Source: Pristiophorus japonicus
Taxonomy: Eukaryota
Direction of reading: 5' to 3'
DNA length: 64,000 nucleotides
Assembly: GCF_044704955.1 (NCBI RefSeq)
Contig: NC_091995.1
Span: 26,536,001-26,600,000, forward strand
Of this stretch, positions 24,761 to 36,541 are shown one piece after another (the first letter of the stretch is position 1; the number at the start of each line of letters is the position of its first letter). The notes beneath the pieces were generated by a model. The model saw nothing but the letters and a program-made list of their open reading frames with translations. It was not told where the DNA came from and made no database searches. A program made the translations under genes and the position numbers.

Positions 24761-25216
24761 ATACACAACATGTATTCGATACTGCTTCGAAATGAATCAA
24801 AGATAAAAGTTGAAAATTTGATGGTATCTTCTGGTCTCTGTAAATGAGTGCTGTGACATAGAACTCTACCCTCTCTAGAGTCTGCGTCAGCATCAATTTC
24901 CCTCCTCAGTCATCCTTTGGCCCCCTGCAAAGATTACTGATGCCATCCCAATTGGTGTCAGATGAGAATTCCCCTGCCATCATACTCTGGGTAGCGAGAG
25001 ATAAAAGATGCAGCGCCGGTCAATTTCTTCGGTTAAAAACTTTGTGGAGATGAGCAGCCATGACTCCGCTCTAAAATGGATATGGAATATTCAAGTCCGC
25101 AATGCATTTTGGATAAGAACGTCTGCCATTGTGGCCCAGAATTACGGAACGGATCCTTTTAAGATCGGGCCAGGGAGAATCATTTTTACGAATTATTAAT
25201 TTGAATGAATTATCAC

Positions 25217-28069
25217 TGTCATGTATGTAACACCTCTGTATTACTGTGTACACTCAACCTAAATGCACACCTTGACCACAAGGGGTGACCTTGTGGGAGA
25301 CACTCCTTACCTGATCTCCCAAGTACAAAAAGGGAGATCCCATGCAGGGTCATCATCTTTGGAGTCCAGTGAATATAGAGTTAAGGTCACAGAGTGACCT
25401 TGTCTCCAGAATGTGCCTCGTGTGGTTTCATGCTGTAGAGTAAGGACTTTACATTGGTGACGAGAAACGGGAATTCACGACCCACGAGAATGGCCACCGG
25501 TAGCACAGAGGAATGGTACTGTGTTGGGGAAGACTGGGACGATTTTGTCGAGAGGCTTCAGCAAAGCTTTGTTACGAAAGAATGGCTGGGGGATGCAGCG
25601 GCCGACAAGCGAAGGGCTCATCTTTTGACCAGCTGCGGACCAAAGACTTACGCGCTCATGAAGGACTTACTAGCACCCGAAAAGCCGGCGGACAAAACCT
25701 TTGAAGAACTTAGCAAATTGATCGGGGAGCACCTCAAACCGGCGAGTAGCATACATATGGCCTGACACAAATTCTATACCCACCAACGTCGTGAAGGACA
25801 GAGCATACTGGACTTCGTAGCGGACCTCCGGCGTTTGGCCAGCCTCTGTAAGTTCACAGACGCCTGCAGGGGGGTGAAGCTAAGGGACTTCTTTATCGAG
25901 GGTATCGGTCATACGGGAATTTTCTGCAAATTAATTGAGACCAAGGATTTGAACATGGAAGCGGCGGCGTTATTAGCTCAAACTTTCATGGCAGGGGAGG
26001 AAGAGACGAAAATAATATACGCGCACAATTCTGCCTCTAACGCGGCGATGGATCAGGAAGTCAACATCATCAATGCGACTCAGAGCCCCGCAGGCAGGCA
26101 GTCCGACACTCCCCAGGCAGCAATAGACTCCAGAGTAGGACTTCAACAGAGACAATGGCAGGCTGAACAGAAATTCACGCCATCACAGTGGACAATGCGG
26201 CCTGGGATGGGGCCATTGGCACCCACTAATAGGGTACTTAAGAGCAGTCAAAGGGACAGTCAGCGTGGAATGCCTGGCCATAGTCCCTTTGTTCCCAACA
26301 ATGGAAACTTTAACTCATGCTGGAGGTGTGGGGGAAAACATATAGCTAGATCTTGCAGATTTCAACAGTTTGTCTGCAGGAACTGCAATCTCAGTGGCCA
26401 CTTAGTTCGAATGTGCAGGAAGTCTGCAACCAGACTAATATATGAGGTGGATGGACCAGAAGAGGGTTCTTTGAGGCAGGATGACTTTTGTGGCAAATCG
26501 ATGGATGCCGAGGTTCAGCGGGTCCATGTGGCGAATATTCACAGTTCATACACCAAAACACCACCAATGATGATGAGGGTTTTATTAAATGGTATCCCAG
26601 TATGCATGGAGCTGGACACTGGGGCCAGTCAGTCACTCATGGGTGTTCAGCAATTTGAGAAGCTATGGCCATGTAAAGCGAGTAGACCCAAATTAGCACG
26701 TATTGAGACACAATTACAGACTTACACTAAAGAAATCATTCCGGTGCTAAGCAGTGCAATGTTGGCTGTCACACACAATGGGTTAGTGAATCGGCTGCCG
26801 CTCTGGATTGTCCCAGGCAATGGTCCCACACTGTTGGGGAGGAGCTAGTTAGCCGAGATGAAATGGAAATGGGGGGATGTTCATGCAATGTCATCTGTGG
26901 AGCGAAGTTCATGCTCACAAGTCCTACAACAATTCAATTCACTATTCCAACCTGCCGTCGGGACTTTCAAAGACACTAAAGTAGTGATACACATCACCCC
27001 GGATGCCAGGCTAGTGCATCACAAAGCCAGAGCGGTACCGTTTGTGATGCAGGAAAAAATCAACAGCGAATTGGACCGGCTGTTGAGAGAGGGCATCATC
27101 TTGCCTGTTGAATTCAGCGACTGGGCGAACCCCACCGTTCCCGTCCTAAAAGCGGATGGCTCTGTCAGGATCTGTGGCGACTACAAGGCCACCATCAATC
27201 GGGTGTCCCTACAATGCCGCCTATCGCGCCTCCTGCTGGCCTATAGATCCCGACCGCACTCGCTCACGGGGGTCCCGCCCACAGAGCTACTAATGAAACA
27301 GATATTCAAAACTCGGTTGTCCCTCATTCACCCAGTCCTGACCGACATAGTTGAGGGCAAGCGCAAGTCACAAAACGAGAACCATGACCATAATTCTAGG
27401 GGGAGATGTATAGAAATAAAAGATCCTGTATTCGTCCTCAATCACACCATGGGGCCCAAATGGCTTGAGGGTACTGTAATTGACAAAGAGGGGAATAGGG
27501 TCATCGTGGTAAAACTCAACAATGGCCAGATATGCCGTAAGCATTTGGGCCAAGTAAAAAAAAGGTTCAGCATCGACACAGAGGAATCTGAAGAAGACCA
27601 TGAGATGGTGCTCACACCACCGCCAGTGAACAACCAACAAGAGCAATTAGAAGAATGCACATTCCCTGCGGTCAGCCCAGACAGACCGGAATCATCACAG
27701 GTGACAGACACTCATGTCAGTGTCCAACAACCAGAGCCCCAACTGCGGCGCTCCACGAGGGAACGTAGACCACTTGAAAGGCTTAACCTATGATCCCAAT
27801 AAGACTTTGGGGGAGGGCGTGGGGGGAGGTGATGTCATGTATGTAACACCACTGTATTACTGCATACACTCAACTTAGATGCACACCTTGACCACAAGGG
27901 GTGAACTTGTGGGAGACACTCCTTACCTGATCTCCCAGGTATAAAAAGGGAGGTCTCACGCAGGGTCATCGTCTTTGGAGTCCTGTGAATAAAGAGTTAA
28001 GGTCACAGAGTGACCTTGTCTCCAGAATGTGCTTCATGTGGTTTCATACAGTAGAGTAAAGACTTTACA
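25217..28069 (+). mobile_element. Gypsy (Mag-like) LTR element 2, internally deleted
   Basis: 237-nt LTRs 25217-25453 and 27833-28069, TSD ATCAC, PBS TGGTGACGAG. Two CCHC knuckles, protease ELDTGAS, RT start fused to the integrase C-terminus. Confidence 0.92.
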
Positions 28070-28547
28070 ATCACTATGTTTTTTCCTCAGCTGCAGTTCG
28101 AGTCTGTGTGTGACCCAATGAGAAGTGAAAGTGGATAGACGAATGTGCAGCTCGAGCTCCGGCTCACGTTCTATTTCTGTCCCATCCAGCGGGTTGGATA
28201 GAATGACTTGGCAGGCCAGATATCACCTCCGGGCCGGATTTTGCCCACCACTGGATTAAACGGTTAGGGGGAGAGCTCATCCACAGACAATAAAGGGGGG
28301 GGGGGTGGGTGGGGAGAGCTCATTCTCACACATTAAAGGGAGGCGAGGAGAAGGCATTTTCATCCACACACAATTTGCTGCAGAATTTTAGTTTCCCGGA
28401 ATCCACAATCATTGTCACATGATCATGAGTGTAATTGTTCAGGCAACCATGGCAACATGCGAGTCTGCAGAGCAATATAAAACAAATCTATATCTTCTTC
28501 AAACATGAGTGTAGCAGAATATTGCACTGGGTCACCACCATGCTATA

Positions 28548-31500
28548 TGTTATATATGTAAACTTGTATATACTCTCATCCACACACAATGTAGCAGCGG
28601 GAGGGCGGGGGGCGGGGGAGCTCATCCACACACAATAAAGGGGGGGTGGTGTGGGAGAGCTCATTCTCACAAAATTAGTACAGCCACCAGAGGGCTCATC
28701 CCCTGGAATACCAAGGGATCCCATAATCCCTTGGGAGCACAGGTATTTAAGGAGGCCTCACAGGTTGGAGAGACACTCTGGAGACCTGTAATAAAAGACT
28801 ATGGTCACACTTTGAGCTCACAGTGTTCAGTCTGACTCTTTCTCCATACACTACAGCTGGCGATGAGATACAGATAGCGAACCCAAAGATGCAGAGAACA
28901 GTGGGCATCCTGGAGAAATTCTTGGAGAGAGATGATTGGGAAACTTTTGTGGAGCGATTCAACCAATACTTCGTAGCCAATGGGCTAGATGGAGAAGAGA
29001 ACGCTGTCAAATGAAGGGTGATCCTCCTCACTGTCTGTGGGGCACCAACGTATGGCCTCATGAAAAATATGCTTACTCCAGCAAAACCCATGGAGAAATC
29101 GTACGAAGATTTGTGCACACTGGTCTGAGAGCATTTGAACCCGAAGGAAAGCATTCTGATGGCGAGGTACCGGTTCTACACCTACAAATGGTCTGAAGGC
29201 CAGGAAGTGGCGAGCTATGTTGCTGAGCTAAGTCGCCTTGCAGGACATTGCGAATTTGAAGGACGTTTGGAGTACATGCTCAGACTTTTTCGTACTTGGC
29301 ATTGGCCACGAAACCATACTTTGCAAACTTTTGACTGTAGAGACCCCAACCTTGAGCAAGGCCTTAGCGATAGCCCAGGTGTTCATTGCCACCAGTGACA
29401 ATACTAAGCAAATCGCTCAGCACACAAGTGCTGCTACAAGTACTGTGAACAAAGTGATGTTGTTTTCAAATCACAATGCACAGGGCAGGTCACACATGCC
29501 TGCAGCTGCACATCTGCAGATGTCTGAGTCCACCATCAAGGGTGATGAATGCAAGGCCATTAACACCTTGTTGGCACTGCGGGGGTAATCATTGTTTCCA
29601 TTCATGCCAATTTAAAGGGTAGGTTTACAAGAACTGTGGAACCATGGGACATCTCCAATGTATGTGCAGGCGAGCTGCAAATCCGGTTAATTCTGCAAAC
29701 CACCATGTTGCAGAGGAGGACAGATCCACAGAGGATCACGACAAACCAGAGCTTTAGACCGAGGAGGCAAAGGTACATGGAGTGCACACATTCACCACAA
29801 AGTGTCCTCCGATAATACTAAGTATTGAACGAAATGGACTCCCGGTGTCAATGGAGCTGTACACGGGAATGAGCCAGTCCATCTTGGGCAAAAAGACTTT
29901 CGAAAGATTGTGGTGCAGCAAGGCCTCAAGGCCAGTCTTAACTCTAGTTCGCAAGAAACTAAGAACTTACACAAAAGAACTGATTCCCATAATCGGCAGT
30001 GACGTAAAGGTCTCCTACGATGGAGCAGTGCACAAGCTACTACTCTGCGTGGTATCGGGCGATGGTCCCACTCTGCTCAGCAGGAGCTGATTGGGAAAGA
30101 TACGCTGGAACTGACGACACTTCCTGTACCCAGGTCTTAAACAAATTTCCTTTGTTGTTCGAACCAGGCATTGAGAAATTTCAAGGAGCAAAAGTGCAGA
30201 TCCACCTAATTCTGGGGGGGTGACCCATCCATCACAAGGTGAGAGCAGTACCGTACATGATGAGAGAAAGGGTAGAGATTGAGCTAGACCGGCTGCAAAG
30301 AGAGGGCATCATTTCACCAATCGAGTTCAATGAGTGGGCCTGTCCTATTATCCCAGTCTTCATGGGAGACTGCACCGTCAGAATCTGTGGCGATTACAAA
30401 GTAAATATCAATCGTTTCTCCATGCAGGACCAATACACACTACCAAAGGCTGACGACCTCTTTGCAACGCTGACGTGAAGGAAAGAAGTTCACGAAGCTG
30501 GATCTGACTTCAGCCTACATGGCGCAGGAACTGGAGGAATCATCGAAGGCCCTCACCTGCATCAACACACACAAAGGTCTTTTTATTTATAACAGATGCC
30601 CGTTTGGAATTCGATATTCCAGAGAAACATGGAAAGCTTACTGAAGCACACCGTGGTCTTCCAGAATGACATCTTGGTCACAGGTCGGGACACAGTCGAG
30701 CATCTGCAGAACTGGAGGAGGTTCTTAGTCGACTCAACCACGTGGGGCTCAGGTTAAAACGCTGGAAGTGCATTTTCCTGGTGCCTGAAGTGGAGCTCTT
30801 GGGAAGGAGGATTTCAGCGGACGGCATCAGGCCCACCAACTCGAAGATGGAGGCAATTGAGAATGCACCGAGGCCACAGAACGTGACAGAGCTGCGGTCG
30901 TTTCTAGAACTCCTGAACTACTTTGATAACTTCTTGCCGGGTCTCAGCACACTGTTAGAACCACTGCACGTCTTACTGCGTAAAAGAGATGAATGGGTAT
31001 AGGGCAAAATCCAAGAAAATGCCTTTGTAAAAGCTAGAAAATTGTTATGCTTAAACAAATTGCTTGTGTTGTATGATCCGTGTAAGTGTTTGGTACTAGC
31101 ATGTGATGCGTCGTCATATGGCGTCAGGTGTGTATTGCAACAAGCTAATGATTTTGGGAAACTGCAACTGGTTGCTTACGCATCTGAAGGCTGAAAGAGC
31201 CTACAGCATGATTGAAAAAGAAGCGCTCGCAGGTGTCTATGGGGTAAAGAAAATGCATCAATATCTCTTTGGGCTAAAATTCGAATTGGAAACTGACTAT
31301 AAGCCACTCATATCCTTGTTTTCCATGAGTAAACGGATAAATACCAATGCATCAGCCCACATCCAGAGATGGGCACTCACGTTGTCCACATACAACTACA
31401 CCATCCGCCATAGGCCAGACACAAAAAACTGCACCGATGCTCTCAGTAGACTGCCATGCCCACCACGGGGGTGGAAATGGTGCAGCCCACAGATTTAGCC

Positions 31501-33147
31501 ATGGTTATGGAAGCATTTGAGAGTGAGCAATCACCCGTCACTCCCCAGGTAGATCAAACCTGGACGAGCCAGAACCCCTTATTGTCCCTAGTCAAAAACT
31601 GTGTGCTTCATGGGAGCTGGTCCAGTATCCCTGTAGAAATGCAGGAAGAGATAAACCCGTTCCAGCGGTGCAAAGATGAAATGTCGATACAGGCATGCTG
31701 CCTTCTGTGGGGAAATCATGTAGTGATTCCCAAGAAGGGCAGAGACACCTTCATTAGTGATCTCCACAGTACCCACCCAGTTATCGTAATGATGAAAGCA
31801 ATAGCCAGATCCCATGTGTGGTGGCCCGGTATCGATGCGGACTTAGAATCCTGCGTTCACAGATGTAATACATGCTTGCAGTTAAGCAATGCACCGAGGG
31901 AGGCACTGCTAAGTTTATGGTCTTGGCCCTCCAATTCGTGGTCTAGGGTACATGTCGACTATGCAGGCCCGTGCTTGGGTAAAATGTTCCTTGTCGTTGT
32001 AGATGCATACTCCAAATGGATTGAATGTGATATAATATTGGCTAGCACATCCGCTGTCACTACTGAAAGCCTGTAGGCCATCTTTGCTATACACGGCCTG
32101 CCTGATGGCCTGGTGAGCGACAATGGGCCAAGTTTTACCAGTGCTGAGTTCAAAGAATTCATGACCCACAGCAGGATCAAACATGTCACAACTGCCCCGT
32201 TTAAACCAGCGTCAATGGTCAGGCAGAGAGAGCAGTGCAAACTATCAAGCAGGGCTTGAAGAGGGTAACGGAAGGCTCACTGCAGACTCGCCTATCACGA
32301 GTCCTGCTTAGCTGCCGCACGAGAATCCACTCGCTCACTGGAATTACACCTGCTGAACTGCTCATGAAAAGAGCACTTAAGGCAAGGCTCTCATTAGTTC
32401 ACTCTGATCTACGTGAACAGGTAGAGAGCAGGCGGCTTCAACAAAGTACATACCATGATAGCGCCAATGTGTCACACGAAATTTAAATCAATGATCCTGT
32501 ATTTGTATTGAATTATGGACAAGGTCCCAAGTGGCTTCCCGGCACTGTCGTGGCCAAAGAGGGGAGCAGGGTGTTTCGGGTCAAACTTTCAAATGGACTC
32601 ATTCACCGGAAACATTTGGACCAAATCAAACTCAGTTTCATGGATTATCCTGACCCACTTTTGACCCTACCTTCTTTGACCCCCCCCCAACATACACACC
32701 AGTGGCACCCGGCACCGCAGTTGGCCATGAAGCAGAACCCATCATCCACAGCAGCCCAGCAGGACTCACCACACCAGGAAGCCCAGCAAGGCCAGCTGCA
32801 CAGCAGCCCAGCAAGGGCCCAACAATTGATTCTCCAATACCAGATTTCACACCGAGACGATCAACCAGGGCAAGAAGGGCCCCAGATCGACTAACATTGT
32901 AAATAGTTACACTATTGACTTTGTGGGGGGGAGTGTTGTTATATATGTATACTTGTATATACTCTGTACAGCCACCAATGGCTCATCCCCTGGAGTCCCA
33001 AAGGATCCCATAATCCCTTGGGAGCACAGGTATTTAAGGAGGCCTCACAGGTTGGAGCGGCACTCTGGAGACCTGCAATTAAAGACTAAGGTCACACTTT
33101 ACTTTGAGCTCACAGTGTTCAGTCTGACTCTTTCTCCATATATAACA
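28548..33147 (+). mobile_element. Gypsy (Mag-like) LTR element 3, full gag-pol, decayed
   Basis: LTRs 28548-28855 and 32937-33147, CATGC on both flanks, PBS TGGCGATGAG. gag, PR, RT (ICGDYK), RNase H (YSMIEKEALA) and IN (H..H..C..C, VHVDYAGP), with many stops. Confidence 0.92.
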
Positions 33148-33179
33148 CATGCCCTGCTAGTTATTTAAATAATACTTAC

Positions 33180-33453
33180 CAAACACCTCGAGAGTTACAA
33201 TTCTGGTCTTGTGATGGTCTAAGTCCACAGTCAATTTGTATCTCCCAGTGTCCGCCTCTATCTGATTTGCACAATTCAACTCGATTGCTAAACTGGTCAA
33301 ATATGATGTGATAGATTTTGGTGTATTGCATAATGGGAACAGTCCTGCTGAGATCAGAGAATTCCCAGTTGAAATCGGTGAATCCTTTATCAGTTCCAGG
33401 GAATCGGATGGAGGAACATGTAGCAGCCATCGTGCTGTCTTTCACCATCTGTG
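33180..33453 (-). pseudogene. IgSF copy B, V exon with frameshifting 26-nt deletion
   Basis: 274 nt versus 300 nt in A and C. Splice sites intact (ttttag|CA; G|gtaagt). The deletion removes the GSLLLKDLQ E strand. Confidence 0.85.
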
Positions 33454-33469
33454 CTAAAATATAAATAAT

Positions 33470-33735
33470 AATAGGGATAAATATTGGCCACCAGGAATAA
33501 CTCCCCTGCTCTTCTTCGAAATAGTGCCATGGGATCTTTTATGTCCACCTGAGAGGGCAGACAGGGCCTTGCTTTAACATCTCATCCGAACGACACTATC
33601 TCTGGCAGTGCAACTCTCCCTCAGAACTGTGCTGTCAGCCTAGATTTATGTACTCAAATCTCTGGAGTGGGACTTGAACCCACAATCTTCTGACTCAGAA
33701 GCAATGGTGCTACCCACTGAGCCACAGCTGACACT
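33470..33735 (-). mobile_element. Deu-domain SINE 5' part with tRNA-like head
   Basis: Reverse complement has A/B-box-like 'tggctcagtgggtagca..ggttcaagtccc' and the Deu core. Confidence 0.75.
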
Positions 33736-34619
33736 GCATTAAACATAGTGCTCAATCCATTATTAAATATAGTGAGCGCTCTGTCATTAAACACAGTGGG
33801 AACCACCCTCCATTATTAAAGTATAATAGCTGGAATTTCCTCTGTGAACTCAACCCAGAAGTAAGACCTGAAAATATGTCCATTCCCACACCCATTCTAC
33901 TGTCAAGTTATGCTCAAATTTCCTGCCAATCTCATTAGAATACATCTGAATGTAAAAATGGGCATAAATCAGTGTAAACAATTGGAAAATACCAAACTTG
34001 CAACTATATTTACCTTCTTTAAGCATGAAAATTAAAGTTTTATAATGCAACTTATGTTATAATAATGTATTAATGGAAATCCAAGATACAGTGCAGGTGA
34101 CAGTGAGAATAATATTTTTTTTCTTACACCCAAAAGTCCACAATTCTTTAGGCCGCATAAATGATTTGCAGCCTGGTTATACGTATCTCTGCATGCAAAT
34201 ACGGAAGAATTTGAGTAAAATCACCCTCTTATTAAACAAAACATAATCATACAGTATAATAACTCTGTTACAAAACATAATGCCATCACCCCATTAAACG
34301 TAACACAATTAAATTATTATTAATAAACACAATGCAATCACCCTTCTGTTATTAAAATAATCACTGTCATGTTCTTGTGGGTTTTTGCAGCATTTTTCAT
34401 GACTGGACCTAAACCTGTGGCAAAGAAGTCTGCTGATGGTTGCATGCTGCAGTTGACCTGTACCTCAGTGTCATGTGAGGGTACCCTTCAATCAGACCTG
34501 AGCATTTTCAAAAAATTACTGCATTTATTTTTCAGTACACTAATCAGTAAATAGACTTGATCTCATCAGAATTAATATTCAGTCATGTTTTACTGTCATT
34601 ATTGCTGATTCACATTGTA

Positions 34620-35420
34620 ACATAGAAACATAGAAATATAGAAAATAGGTGCAGGAGTAGGCCATTTGGCCCTTCGAGCCTGCACCACCATTCAATAAGA
34701 TCATGGCTGATCATTCACCTCAGTACTCCTTTCCTGCTTCCTCTCCATACCCCTTTATCCCTTTAGCAGTCGGGGCCATATCTAACTCCCTCTTGAATAT
34801 ATCCAATGAACTGGCATCAACAACTCTCTGTGATAGAGAATTCCACAGGTTAACAACTCTCTGAGTGAAGAAGTTTCTCCTCATCTCGGTCCTAAATGGC
34901 TTAGCCCTTATCCTTAGACTGTGTCCCCTGGTTCTGGACTACCCCAACATCAGGAACATTCTTCCTGCATCTAACCTGTCCCGTCCCGTCACAGAATTTT
35001 ATATGTTTCTATGAGATCCCCTCTCATTCTTCTAAACTCCAGTGAATACAGGCCCAGTCAATCCAGTTTCTCCTCATATGTCAGTCCTGCCATCCTGGAA
35101 ATCAGTCTGGTGAACCTTCGCTGCACTCCATCAATAGCAAGAACATCCTTCCTCAGATTAGGAGACCAAAACTGAACACAATATTCCAGGTGAGGCCTCA
35201 CCAAGGCCCTGTACAACTGCAGTAAGACCTGCCTGCTCCTATACTCAAATCCCCTAGCTATGAAGGCCAACATGCCATTTGCCTTCTTCACCGCCTGCTG
35301 TGCCTGCATGTCAACTTTCAATGATTGATGTACCATGACACCCAGGTCTCGTTGCATCTCCTCTTTTCCTAATCTGCCAACATTCAGATAATATTCTGCC
35401 TTCATGTTTTTGCCAACAAA
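34620..35420 (-). mobile_element. CR1 LINE 3' fragment
   Basis: RDLGVMVHQSLK..RPHLEYCVQFWSP with a 'catagaaa' tail. Confidence 0.9.
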
Positions 35421-35584
35421 GCGCAACAGACTATGGGAGAGCAATCCAATAAGGCCAGAAAACGGGCAGTACCACCATGGCGAGGTTTGCTCACACCCAT
35501 AAAATGATCGTTACTTTGGTGCTGACAGCTGATTTGAATGATCAGAGATAAACCTAGCGTGGAACATGCTGCCTCAGGCTGTAC

Positions 35585-36400
35585 ACTCAGCAGGAGGCCC
35601 AATGTAGTGAGGGATATACCTGGCCATGAGTTGACAGATTGTGGTGATGTATAATTCTGCTGCTGCTGATAGCCCACAACACCTTTTCAGCTGCTAGATC
35701 CTTTCTGAATCTATCCCATTTAGCACATTGGTAGTGCCACACAACACGATGGAGGGTGTTCTCAGGTGTGAAGACAGGACTTCGTCTCCACAAGGACTGT
35801 GCAATGATCACTGATACCAATGCTGTCTTGGACAGATACATCTGCAACAGGTAGATTGGTGCAGACGAGGCCAAATAGGTTTTTCCCTCGTGTTGGTTCT
35901 CTCACCAATTGCTACAGGCCCAGACTGGCAACCATGTCCTTCAGTAGTGGTGCTACCCAGCCACTCTCAGTGATGGACATTGAAGTCTCCCACCCAGAGG
36001 ACATTCTGTGCCCTTGCTACCCCTAGTGCTTCTTTCAAGTGGAGTTCAACATGGAGGAGTACTGATTCATCAGCTGAGGGAGGAGGGTAGGTGATAATCA
36101 GCAGGAGGTTTCCTTGCCCATGTTTGACTGAATACCATAAGACATCATGGGCTCCGGAGTCAATGTTGAAGACTCCTAGGGCCACTCCGTCCCGACTGTA
36201 CACCATGTGCCGCCACGTCTGATGGGACAGGATCTACCCAGGGATGGTGATGGCGCAATCTGGGGCATTGGCTGAAAGGTATGATTCTGTGAGTATGACT
36301 ATGTCAGGCTGTTGCTTGACTAGTCTGTGGGACATCTCTCCCAATTTTGGCACAAGTCCCCAGATGTTCGTGAGGAGGAGTTTTCAGGGTCGAGTATGCC
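35585..36400 (-). mobile_element. Old CR1-group LINE endonuclease fragment
   Basis: LLLIITYPPPSADES..NVLWVGDFNVHH APE motifs. Confidence 0.7.
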
Positions 36401-36541
36401 TTTGTCGTGTCTAAAGATAGTGCCGAGTGGTCCATCCAGTTTTATTAAGGATCTGCAGTCAGATATTGGCCAGACCAGGAAAGGTTTCCTTCCCTAAAGG
36501 ACATGACTAAACCAGATCCGACAATCCGGTAGTTTCAAGGT

